Origin: Bacteroidota bacterium | GTDB taxonomy: Bacteria > Bacteroidota > Bacteroidia > Flavobacteriales > Flavobacteriaceae | Reading direction: 5' to 3' | Assembly: GCA_051748125.1 (NCBI GenBank) | Contig: JBNJHC010000008.1 | Location: 43,975 to 107,974, forward strand | Length of the DNA stretch: 64,000 bases | In this document: in pieces, positions 27,298-35,971 of the stretch | Layout: every line of letters starts with the position of its first letter | How positions within the stretch are numbered: position 1 is the stretch's first letter | Made by a program: the position numbers and the translations under genes | The notes under the pieces: model-generated | The model's database searches: none | What the model saw: the letters and a program-made list of their open reading frames with translations, nothing else | What the model was told of the DNA's origin: nothing

Positions 27298-28341
27298 GTG
27301 GATATATCTAAAATATACAAGGAACGTTTTGCATTAGAAAAGGAATATTTAGGGACAAATAAGCCTGTCAATAAAATTTCGCCACTTGTTTCGGTTTGTA
27401 TTGCTACTTATCAGCACGTTAATTACATAAAAGACTGTTTAGAAGGTGCATTAATGCAAAAAACAGATTTTGATTTTGAAATTATTTTAGGAGAAGATGA
27501 AAGTACAGATGGGACAAGAGAAATTTGTATAGAATATGCAGAGAAGTACCCTGATAAAATCAGATTGTTTTTAAGAAATCGAGAAACCTCACAGTTATAC
27601 GACAATAAGGATAATTTTATTTGTCGCTTTAATGGTAAGTGGAATAGAGAGTCTGCCCAAGGTAAATACATCGCTATGTGCGAAGGCGACGATTACTGGA
27701 CTGACCCTTTAAAATTGCAAAAGCAGGTGGATTTTCTGGAGGCTAATCCAGATTTTGTGGTGTGTAGTCATAACGCAAAAATTGTAGATCAAAACGGGAA
27801 ATTAATTCAAGAAAAAAAACTCCCAAAGCTCAATGAAGATAAAATTTATTCTAGCACGGAGTTGAAGAAAGGAGCATTTTTACTGACTTTGTCTATAGTT
27901 TTTAAAAATCTACCGATTTTTAAAAACTATCCAGAAGAGTCATTTAAAGTATTAAACGGAGATACATTCTTAATCAGTTTGCTAGGTAAATTTGGGAAAG
28001 GATATTACATGGAAAATATACGACCCGCTGTTTATCGAGTTCATTCAGGAGGTATTTGGAGTACTAAAAAAAATGATAAAATATTTGCAACGCAAAATAA
28101 ATTAAAATTATTTCAAGCATTAAAACAACTTCATCATAATGATGATGAGCTAGTTATCTATTTCGAAACTAAAATAACAAATGCTTATAGATTGTTATTA
28201 AGAAACTTAGAAAGACTAGCATTCAACGAAGTATTGAGTGTTAATAAAAACTACATAATAAGACATAATTTTGTAAGAGAACGATATCGAATAAAAGAGT
28301 TGTTAAAAGAGAATCTGAACTATCTAAAATCAAAAACCTAA
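27298..28341 (+). CDS. Family 2 glycosyltransferase
   Basis: VSVCIATYQHVNYIKDCLEGAL, LGEDESTDGT and CEGDDYW motifs. GTG start 1 nt after the upstream stop. Confidence 0.8.
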   Translation: MDISKIYKERFALEKEYLGTNKPVNKISPLVSVCIATYQHVNYIKDCLEGALMQKTDFDFEIILGEDESTDGTREICIEYAEKYPDKIRLFLRNRETSQLYDNKDNFICRFNGKWNRESAQGKYIAMCEGDDYWTDPLKLQKQVDFLEANPDFVVCSHNAKIVDQNGKLIQEKKLPKLNEDKIYSSTELKKGAFLLTLSIVFKNLPIFKNYPEESFKVLNGDTFLISLLGKFGKGYYMENIRPAVYRVHSGGIWSTKKNDKIFATQNKLKLFQALKQLHHNDDELVIYFETKITNAYRLLLRNLERLAFNEVLSVNKNYIIRHNFVRERYRIKELLKENLNYLKSKT

Positions 28342-28403
28342 TACCGTATATTATTTGTTGCACGCCATTTTAGTTAAATAGTTAACAAAAATCAACCAAA
28401 AAC

Positions 28404-29537
28404 CTACTCACGCAACCTATAAAAATGCTCAACAATCGCCATCCATTCTTTGCGTTCCTTTGTTGCAGCACGTTGGTAGGTGTCCGTGGGATAGTCTAAC
28501 TGTAGCGAGTATTTATTCTTGCTTTTGTTGAACCATTGTCTAAATGCCACATCTTTTATCAAAATTGTTTCATCCTTTTCAGACATTTTACGGTATAAAA
28601 AAGAAAGCATTTTATGACTTGTAATTTGTTTTGCACAGGCATCAAAAAACAGAAAATCCTTAGCGTCTTTAAAGATATGCTTGGGATAATCAATTTCAGC
28701 AGTTTGCTTGGATTGTTTAGAAGTATTTTCAGCCGCTTGATGAGGTTGGGAGTTATCATTCAGTTGGAGGTAGGAATCAAATTCAGTACGGACTTCATCA
28801 AAAAGATGGTCTTCTTCCAAATCAAGGAAGTGTATAATTTCATTGATAAGATGTTCCATCCATCTTTTACAAACTTGGTGAAATTGAGCGGTTTCAGTTT
28901 CACTTAAAAGCGGTGGATGCAGTAAATGCTTTAAGTCGGTTCGATGTAGGCTAATTAAATCAGCAGGAATAGCATTTGAATTAAACTTAAAATTAGTTAA
29001 GGCATTAATAATAAGAGCAGTCAAAATGGAATTAGCTATTTTATCAAATAATTCTTTAACTTCAAGGAATGATACAATTTCTAGATTAAGTTCTTTTGAG
29101 GTCAAATATTCTTGAAAGGATATATCAGTATTGAGGTATGGAGGGATAGCTTTAATCAATTTCTCCAGTTTTTCAATGCAAGGTTTAAAAGATGAAATTT
29201 CTTTCAGATAGTCGTTAGTAAGGGCTGGTTTTTGCGTATTCATCAAAAAGTTATACTCAATTTTCCAATAATAGGAGAGTAAATATTTTTTTTGATTATT
29301 TGAAGTAATAGAGCAGCGATGAAGAGTATGTTCATTATATAAATCAAGCAACTCATTTTGGTCAATCTTTTTTTTGTAGTTGTTGTCATTAACAACACCT
29401 CCGTCAACATAAAATAGGTAAGCAATCATGTTTTTTACAAACTGTTGCGGAGCGGTAAGTTTACCAGCATTATAATCTTGAATTCTATAGGTAATGTCTT
29501 TTTCAAATGGATTGGTCGAGTATAAATCAAAATTCAT
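28404..29537 (-). CDS. Hypothetical protein (377 aa)
   Basis: Long uninterrupted ORF with no recognisable domain. Preceded on its own strand by an AT-rich stretch and six direct repeats. Confidence 0.55.
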   Translation of the reverse strand: MNFDLYSTNPFEKDITYRIQDYNAGKLTAPQQFVKNMIAYLFYVDGGVVNDNNYKKKIDQNELLDLYNEHTLHRCSITSNNQKKYLLSYYWKIEYNFLMNTQKPALTNDYLKEISSFKPCIEKLEKLIKAIPPYLNTDISFQEYLTSKELNLEIVSFLEVKELFDKIANSILTALIINALTNFKFNSNAIPADLISLHRTDLKHLLHPPLLSETETAQFHQVCKRWMEHLINEIIHFLDLEEDHLFDEVRTEFDSYLQLNDNSQPHQAAENTSKQSKQTAEIDYPKHIFKDAKDFLFFDACAKQITSHKMLSFLYRKMSEKDETILIKDVAFRQWFNKSKNKYSLQLDYPTDTYQRAATKERKEWMAIVEHFYRLRE

Positions 29538-29626
29538 TAATTATATTTTTATAAATTAGCGTGATAATTTACTATAAAAATATATTTTAACAAAATAAAA
29601 AACTAAAAATAACAGTATAGTTAATA

Positions 29627-29756
29627 AAAAAGTAAGCGAGCTTTAAAAAAAAGCAGCCGAGGTTTAGTAGAAAAGTAACCAAGGTTTTTGAAAAAAGTAG
29701 CCGAGCTTTTGCAGAAAAGCAAGCCAACTTTTTAGTAGAAGCAGCCGAGCTTTTTT
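29627..29756. repeat. Six tandem 20-24 bp iteron-like repeats (AAAAGYARCCRAGSTTTT)
   Basis: aaaagtaagcgagcttt / aaaagcagccgaggttt / aaaagtaaccaaggttttt / aaaagtagccgagctttt / aaaagcaagccaacttttt / aagcagccgagctttttt, read directly. Confidence 0.85.
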
Positions 29757-29795
29757 ACAGCAGGAGAGAAATATAAACTAGAAGCGCCTGTTAGG

Positions 29796-29830
29796 CACAA
29801 AAAAAGCCGATGCATCACACACCGGCTTGT
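29796..29830 (-). terminator. Rho-independent-type terminator of the HU-like gene
   Basis: Minus strand: AAGCCG-13 nt loop-CGGCTT followed by TTTTTGTG. Confidence 0.5.
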
Positions 29831-29850
29831 ACCTAAAAACTTAACAAATT

Positions 29851-30267
29851 TTAGTCACTGTCAGGTCTTAAAATTTTAAAGTCTAGGGTATTCAGCGCCT
29901 TCTTAACATGTTTAGAAGGTCTATAATTGAGCCTAATACGTTTCAAGTTGCTGATATCAACATCTTCAGGTGTCTCACTCCCCGAAGAATTTACAGCCAC
30001 TTGAAAGCTACCAAGTTTACCCAATTCTACCACGCGACCTTGTCGCAGTTCGTCTAACATATTATGGACAAAGGCATGAAGAACCGCTAAACAGTCAGGT
30101 TCTCGCACCGTAGATTGATTGGATATGAGGTAAGCTAAATGCTCTAAATCTGAATTGCCATTTTTAATGGCTTGTAAGTAAAACTTTTCAGGCGCTTCTA
30201 TATTATTTGGGTTTATTTTCGCCTGAACTTTTAGTAAATTAACCCTATTATTAAAATTAGTAATCAT
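29851..30267 (-). CDS. Bacteroidetes-type HU-family DNA-binding protein
   Basis: 138 aa. ..LEHLAYLISNQSTVREPDCLAVLHAFVHNMLDELRQGRVVELGKLGSFQV.. matches the long HU-like proteins common in Bacteroidota. Confidence 0.7.
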   Translation of the reverse strand: MITNFNNRVNLLKVQAKINPNNIEAPEKFYLQAIKNGNSDLEHLAYLISNQSTVREPDCLAVLHAFVHNMLDELRQGRVVELGKLGSFQVAVNSSGSETPEDVDISNLKRIRLNYRPSKHVKKALNTLDFKILRPDSD

Positions 30268-30559
30268 AAAATTTAATTTTTAAAAATTTATTATTAATAG
30301 TTCTAAAATCCCGGTGAGTAGAAGTGGCTACCACCTCATAATTAAGTAGAACTAAGCTTAATTATTTCTCAATTTTTGCACTAAAACTTTATTTCATTCG
30401 CATTATTTTTTGTTTTAACTGCAAATATATGAGCTATATGTCTTAAACCCTGTACAAGAAAATAGAGTTTACGGGCAAAATAAATGAATTTACTCAGTTA
30501 TTTTGCAAGTCATTGGTAGTTAGTCTGTTGTCTGTTAATTTTTAATTTTTAATTTTGAA

Positions 30560-31290
30560 ATAATAATTTTGAATTGTGAAATTTGAATTGTGAATTGGAA
30601 AAGTCAAAAAATCAGTGACCAACATTCTCAGGGTAAACAATACTGTTTAACTTCGAGCCTCTCAATTCTTCGAGATAAACTCAGTCGAGAAGTGTCAGTT
30701 GTTCTCGACTCCGCTCGAACTTGAAACAAAGATGTAACTCGAACTTCAAACAAAAGTAGAAGCTCGAACCTGCAACAAAGAATAGTTTAAGTAAAATCGG
30801 TACTTGACCCTTCGATATTGCTCAGTTTAACTTCTATACTGTTTAGCTTCGAGCCTCTCAATTCTTCGAGATAAACTCAGTCGAGAAGTGTCAGTTGTTC
30901 TCGACTCCGCTCGAACTTGAAACAAAGATGTAACTCGAACTTGAAACAAGAGCGAAACAAAAAAAAAGAAATCCGAACTTGAAGCATATAAAATTATAGC
31001 TAAAAGCAACACAATACTGTTTAGCTTCGAGCCTCTCAATTCTTCGAGATAAACTCAGTCGAGAAGTGTCAGTTGTTCTCGACTCCGCTCGAACTTGAAA
31101 CAATTGACGTTTCGTTTATCTTCGAGCTAGTTTATACTGAGTCCTCAATCCTTCGGGATAAACTCCGTCGAGAAGTAGCTGGTTCTTGAAACTTCAATTC
31201 AATATTTCAAGCCCTTGAACTAAATTAAGGTGAAAAAGTTGGGAGAGTTGAAATGGTAATTTTGAATTTTGAAATGTATTCGGAGTAGAA
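30560..31290. repeat. Cluster of family A modules (three full cores plus one degenerate)
   Basis: Core ttagcttcgagcctctcaattcttcgagataaactcagtcgagaagtg at 30647-30694 (one mismatch, ttaac for ttagc), 30843-30890 and 31021-31068. A diverged copy lies at about 31114-31178. Confidence 0.9.
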
Positions 31291-31329
31291 TAAATTTTTT
31301 CGTAAATTTGAATTTAAAGAAAATTAATA

Positions 31330-31548
31330 ATGGATATTCAAACAACAAAACTTGAACTCTTAAAAACTATTATGGATAATGAAAACGCTGAATTTATCCA
31401 AAGAGTTGCTGATTTTGTTAAAAAGGAAAAAACTGACTTTTGGGACGAATTAAGCCTATCTGAACAAAAAGAAATTAAACAAGGAATAAGCGAATTGAAT
31501 GAAGGAAAAAGAGTATCGTATGAATCCTTTTTGAATAAAATTTCTTGA
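31330..31548 (+). CDS. Putative antitoxin of the ParE/RelE-like toxin
   Basis: 72 aa, overlaps the toxin start by 4 nt. Same family as 33251-33487 (shared ..SEQKEIKQGISELNEGKRVSYESF.. pattern). Confidence 0.6.
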   Translation: MDIQTTKLELLKTIMDNENAEFIQRVADFVKKEKTDFWDELSLSEQKEIKQGISELNEGKRVSYESFLNKIS

Positions 31549-31856
31549 TGAAAGTATTTTTATCTGAACTTGCCGAATCAAAACTTATTAAATTATCTGA
31601 GTACTTGTTAGAAAACTGGAACCTAAAAACTCGTGATAAGTTTATTTCAAAGTTGACTGATAAAATAAAACAAATATCTATTCAACCAAATAGTTGCCCA
31701 CAATCAACTGAATTTAATGGGTTTTATAAATGTGTAGTAACTAAACAAACTACTTTTTATTACAGAATATTAAATGAAGAAGATGAGATAGAGATTATCA
31801 CAATTTTTGACACTAGACAAAATCCTAACGAATTAAAAAAAGACATTGAATTTTGA
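31545..31856 (+). CDS. RelE/ParE-family type II toxin
   Basis: 103 aa with the family-typical C-terminal IEIITIFDTRQNP. Confidence 0.8.
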   Translation: MMKVFLSELAESKLIKLSEYLLENWNLKTRDKFISKLTDKIKQISIQPNSCPQSTEFNGFYKCVVTKQTTFYYRILNEEDEIEIITIFDTRQNPNELKKDIEF

Positions 31857-32087
31857 AATAGCAAATATGAAATCTGAAATATGAATTTTGAATTTTGAAA
31901 TGTAAAATGTAAACGGTTCTCGAAACTTCAACTTCGCTCAGAATAGACTTCTTCACTGTTTAGCTTCGAGCCTCTCAATTCTTCGAGATAAACTCAGTCG
32001 AGAAGTGTCAGTTGTTCTCGACTTCGCTCAAACTTGAAACAAAGAAAAGCTTGAGTTGAAACATTTTTTTTTGAAAGAGCAGTTTAA

Positions 32088-32528
32088 ATGAAAAAAGAAA
32101 AGTATAAATATTCTGCTGAGAAGGAATTGATGTATTTTGAGTTCTTTAGTGTTGGTCCAAAAGGAGAGATTAAAAAGGTTATTGAATTTTCAGAGACCAA
32201 CGTTAAAGATGTTTATAATCTTGCTTTTGGTGATTTTGACGAAAAAACACAGCGAATAAGTGACAGTGTTGTGACCAATAATGGCGATAGCTTAAAAGTA
32301 CTTGCAACAGTGGCATCTTCTGTTTATGCGTTTACAGCTGAACGAACTGACGCCTGGGTTTTTGCGACAGGAAGCACTGCTGTTAGAACAAGGTTATACC
32401 GTATGGGATTAACGAACAACCTGGCTGAGGTCTCTAAAGACTTTCACATATATGGTTTAAAGGACGATAAGTGGGAAGATTTCTTAATCGGGGAAGATTA
32501 CGAAGCTTTTTTAGTCAAACGAAAATAG
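32088..32528 (+). CDS. Conserved hypothetical protein (resembles Bacteroidota DUF6934-type proteins; name from memory)
   Basis: 146 aa. The pattern FFSVGPKGEIKKVIEF..YNLAFGD..NNGDSLKVLATVASSVYAF..GSTAVRTRLYRMG is recalled from many Bacteroidota hypotheticals. Confidence 0.6.
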   Translation: MKKEKYKYSAEKELMYFEFFSVGPKGEIKKVIEFSETNVKDVYNLAFGDFDEKTQRISDSVVTNNGDSLKVLATVASSVYAFTAERTDAWVFATGSTAVRTRLYRMGLTNNLAEVSKDFHIYGLKDDKWEDFLIGEDYEAFLVKRK

Positions 32529-32541
32529 TTACATTTGTAGT

Positions 32542-32688
32542 ATGAATCCAAAAGACCTAAATAAGAAAAAAACACCGATTGTAAAAATCGATAAAGGACT
32601 CGAAAAGTATCGAGGTAAGGTTCTTTTTCCCAAAAAACTCAAGAAAGCTAACGAAATTCTTGACAGAGTTGGACTGCCTAAGGCTTAA
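32542..32688 (+). CDS. Small ORF (48 aa) coupled to the preceding gene
   Basis: Not in the ORF track because it is under 60 aa. ATG lies 13 bp after the upstream stop. Translates to MNPKDLNKKKTPIVKIDKGLEKYRGKVLFPKKLKKANEILDRVGLPKA. Confidence 0.4.
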   Translation: MNPKDLNKKKTPIVKIDKGLEKYRGKVLFPKKLKKANEILDRVGLPKA

Positions 32689-32740
32689 TAAGCACAAGTC
32701 CCTAATATCACCTAAATCTTTTTAGTACGTTCTCTTTCTG

Positions 32741-33205
32741 TTAACTGTTAATTTTGAAATGTAATAGGCTTTAAGCAGTAGGCTGTAGGCAGTAAGCAGT
32801 AGGCTGTAGGCTGAAATTGGTGAATGGTGATATCGGATTTTGAAATAATAATTGTGAATTTTGAAATGTAAAATGAAAAATGTAAACGGTTCTCGACACT
32901 TCAACTTCGCTCAGTGCTGGCAAGCTCGAACTTAAAACAAGAGCGAAACAAAAAAAAAGAAATCCGAACTTGAAGCATATAAAATTATAACTAAAAGCAA
33001 CACAATACTGTTTAGCTTCGAGCCTCTCAATTCTTCGAGATAAACTCAGTCGAGAAGTGTCAGTTGTTCTCGACTCCGCTCGAACTTGAAACAATTGACG
33101 TTTCGTTTATCTTCGAGCTAGTTTATACTGAGTCCTCAATTCTTCGAGATAAACTCAGTCGAGAAGTAGCTCATTTCAATCCCTTGAACTTGATAGGGTG
33201 GTTAA
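32741..33205. repeat. Family A composite with a GTAGGCT-type 7-bp word array
   Basis: gcagtag gctgtag gcagtaa gcagtag gctgtag array, then modules shared with 14245-14560. Core at 33012-33059, diverged core at about 33104-33170. Confidence 0.9.
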
Positions 33206-33250
33206 AATAAAAATCATTATTTTTGATAAACGGCAATAAATTAGATTGAA

Positions 33251-33487
33251 ATGGATTCGACTGCACACATAAAAAAGAACCTGATTTCAAGAATTAAGAA
33301 TTCAAAAGATTTGGATTTTTTAAAAGCGCTTCAGCAAATATTGGACACTTCCGAACAGGAGCTGTACCAATTATCAACCGAACAAAAAGAAGCAATTTCA
33401 AAAGGTAGCGAGCAAATCAAGAAAGGTCAATTTTCTAGTAACGAATCCGTAATTTCTGAAATGAAAGAATGGCTGTCAAAAAAATAA
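33251..33487 (+). CDS. Putative antitoxin of the ParE/RelE-like toxin (second copy)
   Basis: 78 aa, paralogous in pattern to 31330-31548. Overlaps the downstream toxin ORF. Confidence 0.6.
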   Translation: MDSTAHIKKNLISRIKNSKDLDFLKALQQILDTSEQELYQLSTEQKEAISKGSEQIKKGQFSSNESVISEMKEWLSKK

Positions 33488-33771
33488 TATGGTCAGCTTT
33501 AGCCAAATCGGAGTTTCGTGATATTCTTGAATTTTATACACGCAGAAACCAATCAGCTACCTACAGTCTAAAGCTTTTAGAAGAAACAGAAGAGGTATTA
33601 ACTACGCTGTCAAAAAATGAATTTATTGGGCGATTAACATCAAATAAAAAAACGCGCGTACTACCAATGAAAGCCTATTTGATTTTCTACGAGATAAACG
33701 AAAAGACCATCGAGATAGTTTCATCTGGGATAACCGGCAAGATCATAAAAAACGTAGGATTAGATAAATAA
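33469..33771 (+). CDS. RelE/ParE-family toxin with a probable frameshift in the C-terminal motif
   Basis: After ..IEIV the listed frame reads SSGITGKIIKNVGLDK. The frame starting at 33720 reads FIWDNRQDHKKRRIR*, the expected family ending (WDxRQ). Confidence 0.65.
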   Translation: MAVKKIIWSALAKSEFRDILEFYTRRNQSATYSLKLLEETEEVLTTLSKNEFIGRLTSNKKTRVLPMKAYLIFYEINEKTIEIVSSGITGKIIKNVGLDK

Positions 33772-34030
33772 CCAAGTATAATAGTAAGTTTTATAACTAA
33801 ACATATAGACAAGCTGAGTTGGATTTTGAATTTTTAATTGTGAATTTTGAATTTTCAATTATGAATTTTGAGTTTTGAATTGTGAATTTTGAGTTTTGAA
33901 ATATCACTGCCTGGACTTCGATACATCCGTCTTGGATGTTGAAATGTGAAATAGAAAATGCGTGAGGCGTTGGCAGTAACGGTAAAAAACCGTTTCCAAT
34001 AGCTAATTTCCGATATAAAAGCATAAATTT

Positions 34031-35026
34031 ATGAGCAAACTTAACAGGATAATGGATAAACGATTTGCTGATATAATTCGACTGATTAAAAAATCTAGGG
34101 TTAAGGCTATAAAATCAGTGAATGCTGAACTAATTAACCTGTATTGGAATATTGGAGAGTACATTAGTAATAAAATTGAACAGTCAGAATGGGGTGATTC
34201 GGTTGTAATGGAATTATCAAAATATATTCAGAAAACTGAACCTGAACTCAAAGGCTTCTCCGACAAAAATATTTGGAGAATGAAACAGTTTTACGATACT
34301 TACAAAGACTTTCCAAAACTCTCAACACTGTTGAGAGAAATTAGTTGGTCTCACAATTTAGCTATTTTCTCTAGGTGTAAAACTACAGAAGAAAGAGAGT
34401 TTTATTTGAAATTGGCTAAACAAGAAAATTACAGTTTCCGAGAACTTGATCGACAAATCTCTTCAAGTCTTTTTGAGCGGACAATGATTGGAAACTCAAA
34501 ACTCTCGACAGAGTTGAGAGAAAATAACAAAGATTTAATAAACACATTTAAGGATAGTTATGTTTTTGAGTTTCTGAATTTACCTGAACGTCATAGTGAA
34601 CACGATTTACAGTATGGTCTTATTGAGCAAATGAAAAATTTTATCCTTGAACTTGGCAAAGACTTTTTGTTTATTGGCGAGGAATATAAATTGCAAGTAG
34701 GGAATAGTGACTTTTTTATAGATTTGCTATTTTATCATCGCGGACTTCAGTGTTTGGTAGCTTTTGAGCTCAAAACAGACAAGTTTAAACCCGATCATTT
34801 AGGACAATTAAATTTCTATTTGGAAGCATTAGATAGAGACATAAAAAAGGCAAATGAAAATCCAAGTATCGGAATTTTATTATGTAAGGATAAAGATAGT
34901 GAAGTTGTTGAATATGCATTAAATAGAAGCCTTTCACCAACAATGGTTTCTGATTATAAAACACAACTTCCTGACAAAAAAATATTACAGAAGAAATTAC
35001 ACGAATTATTTGATAGTGATTTGTGA
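34031..35026 (+). CDS. DUF1016/YhcG-family PDDEXK nuclease-domain protein
   Basis: 331 aa. ..LINLYWNIGEYI.., ..SWSHNLAIF.., and the nuclease core DLLFYHRGLQCLVAFELKTDKFKPDHLGQLNFYL. Confidence 0.8.
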   Translation: MSKLNRIMDKRFADIIRLIKKSRVKAIKSVNAELINLYWNIGEYISNKIEQSEWGDSVVMELSKYIQKTEPELKGFSDKNIWRMKQFYDTYKDFPKLSTLLREISWSHNLAIFSRCKTTEEREFYLKLAKQENYSFRELDRQISSSLFERTMIGNSKLSTELRENNKDLINTFKDSYVFEFLNLPERHSEHDLQYGLIEQMKNFILELGKDFLFIGEEYKLQVGNSDFFIDLLFYHRGLQCLVAFELKTDKFKPDHLGQLNFYLEALDRDIKKANENPSIGILLCKDKDSEVVEYALNRSLSPTMVSDYKTQLPDKKILQKKLHELFDSDL

Positions 35027-35812
35027 TTTCGGATTTTGAAATAATAATTTTGAATTTTGAATTGTGAATTGTGAATTGTGAATTTTGAATTTTGAATTGT
35101 GAATTGTGAATTGTGAAATGAAAAATGTAAATGGTGATAGGCTTTAAGCAGTAGGCTGTAGGCTGAAATTGGTGAATGGTGATTTTGGATTTTGAATTGT
35201 GAAATTTGAATTGTGAATTGGAAAAGTCAAAAAATCAGTGACCAACATTCTCAGGGTAAACAATACTGTTTAGCTTCGAGCCTCTCAATTCTTCGAGATA
35301 AACTCAGTCGAGAAGTGGCTGGTTCTTGAAACCTCAATCAGCATTTCAAGCCCTTGAGCTAAATTAAGGTGAAAAGGTTGGGAGAGTTGAAATGATGATT
35401 TTGAATTGTGAATTTTGAATTGTGAATTGGAAAAGTCAAAAAATCAGTGACCAACATTCTCAGGGTAAACAATACTGTTTAGCTTCGAGCCTCTCAATTC
35501 TTCGAGATAAACTCAGTCGAGAAGTGGCTGGTTCTTGAAACCTCAATCAGCATTTCAAGCCCTTGAGCTAAATTAAGGTGAAAAGGTTGGGAGAGTTGAA
35601 ATAATAATTTTGAATTGTGAGATTTGAATTTTGAATTGTAAATGGTGATAGGCTGTAGGCTGAAATTGGTGAATGGTGATGTCGGATATCTGATTTAGAA
35701 ATGTAAAGTATCAAATTTGAAATAATAATTTTGAATTTTTAATTGTGAATTTTTAATTGTGAATTTTGAAATGATAATTGTAAAATTTGAAATGTGAAAC
35801 CTGAACTAAAAA
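35027..35812. repeat. Dense intergenic repeat block (7-bp word arrays plus a duplicated family A unit)
   Basis: GAATTKT period-7 arrays, GTAGGCT-type arrays at about 35135-35180 and 35645-35690, and family A cores at 35270-35317 and 35479-35526, exactly 209 bp apart. Confidence 0.9.
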
Positions 35813-35814
35813 AT

Positions 35815-35934
35815 ATGAACCCCAAAAACAAGCAACCCCTTGTTTCAGTTATTATCCCGGCTTACAATCGGGCGCATCTTATTGGTGAAACGCTGGATTC
35901 TGTTTTAGCGCAGACCTACCAAAATTGGGAGTGA
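35815..35934 (+). pseudogene. 5' stub of a GT2 glycosyltransferase gene (duplicate of the start of 36787-37710)
   Basis: 35839-35933 matches 36802-36896 at 94 of 95 positions by eye. The ORF stops at W-E-TGA where the intact gene continues W-E-C-I-I-V-D-D. Confidence 0.85.
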
Positions 35935-35971
35935 ATACATAGTACTTAGGTTTAATTAATATAACATTTTT

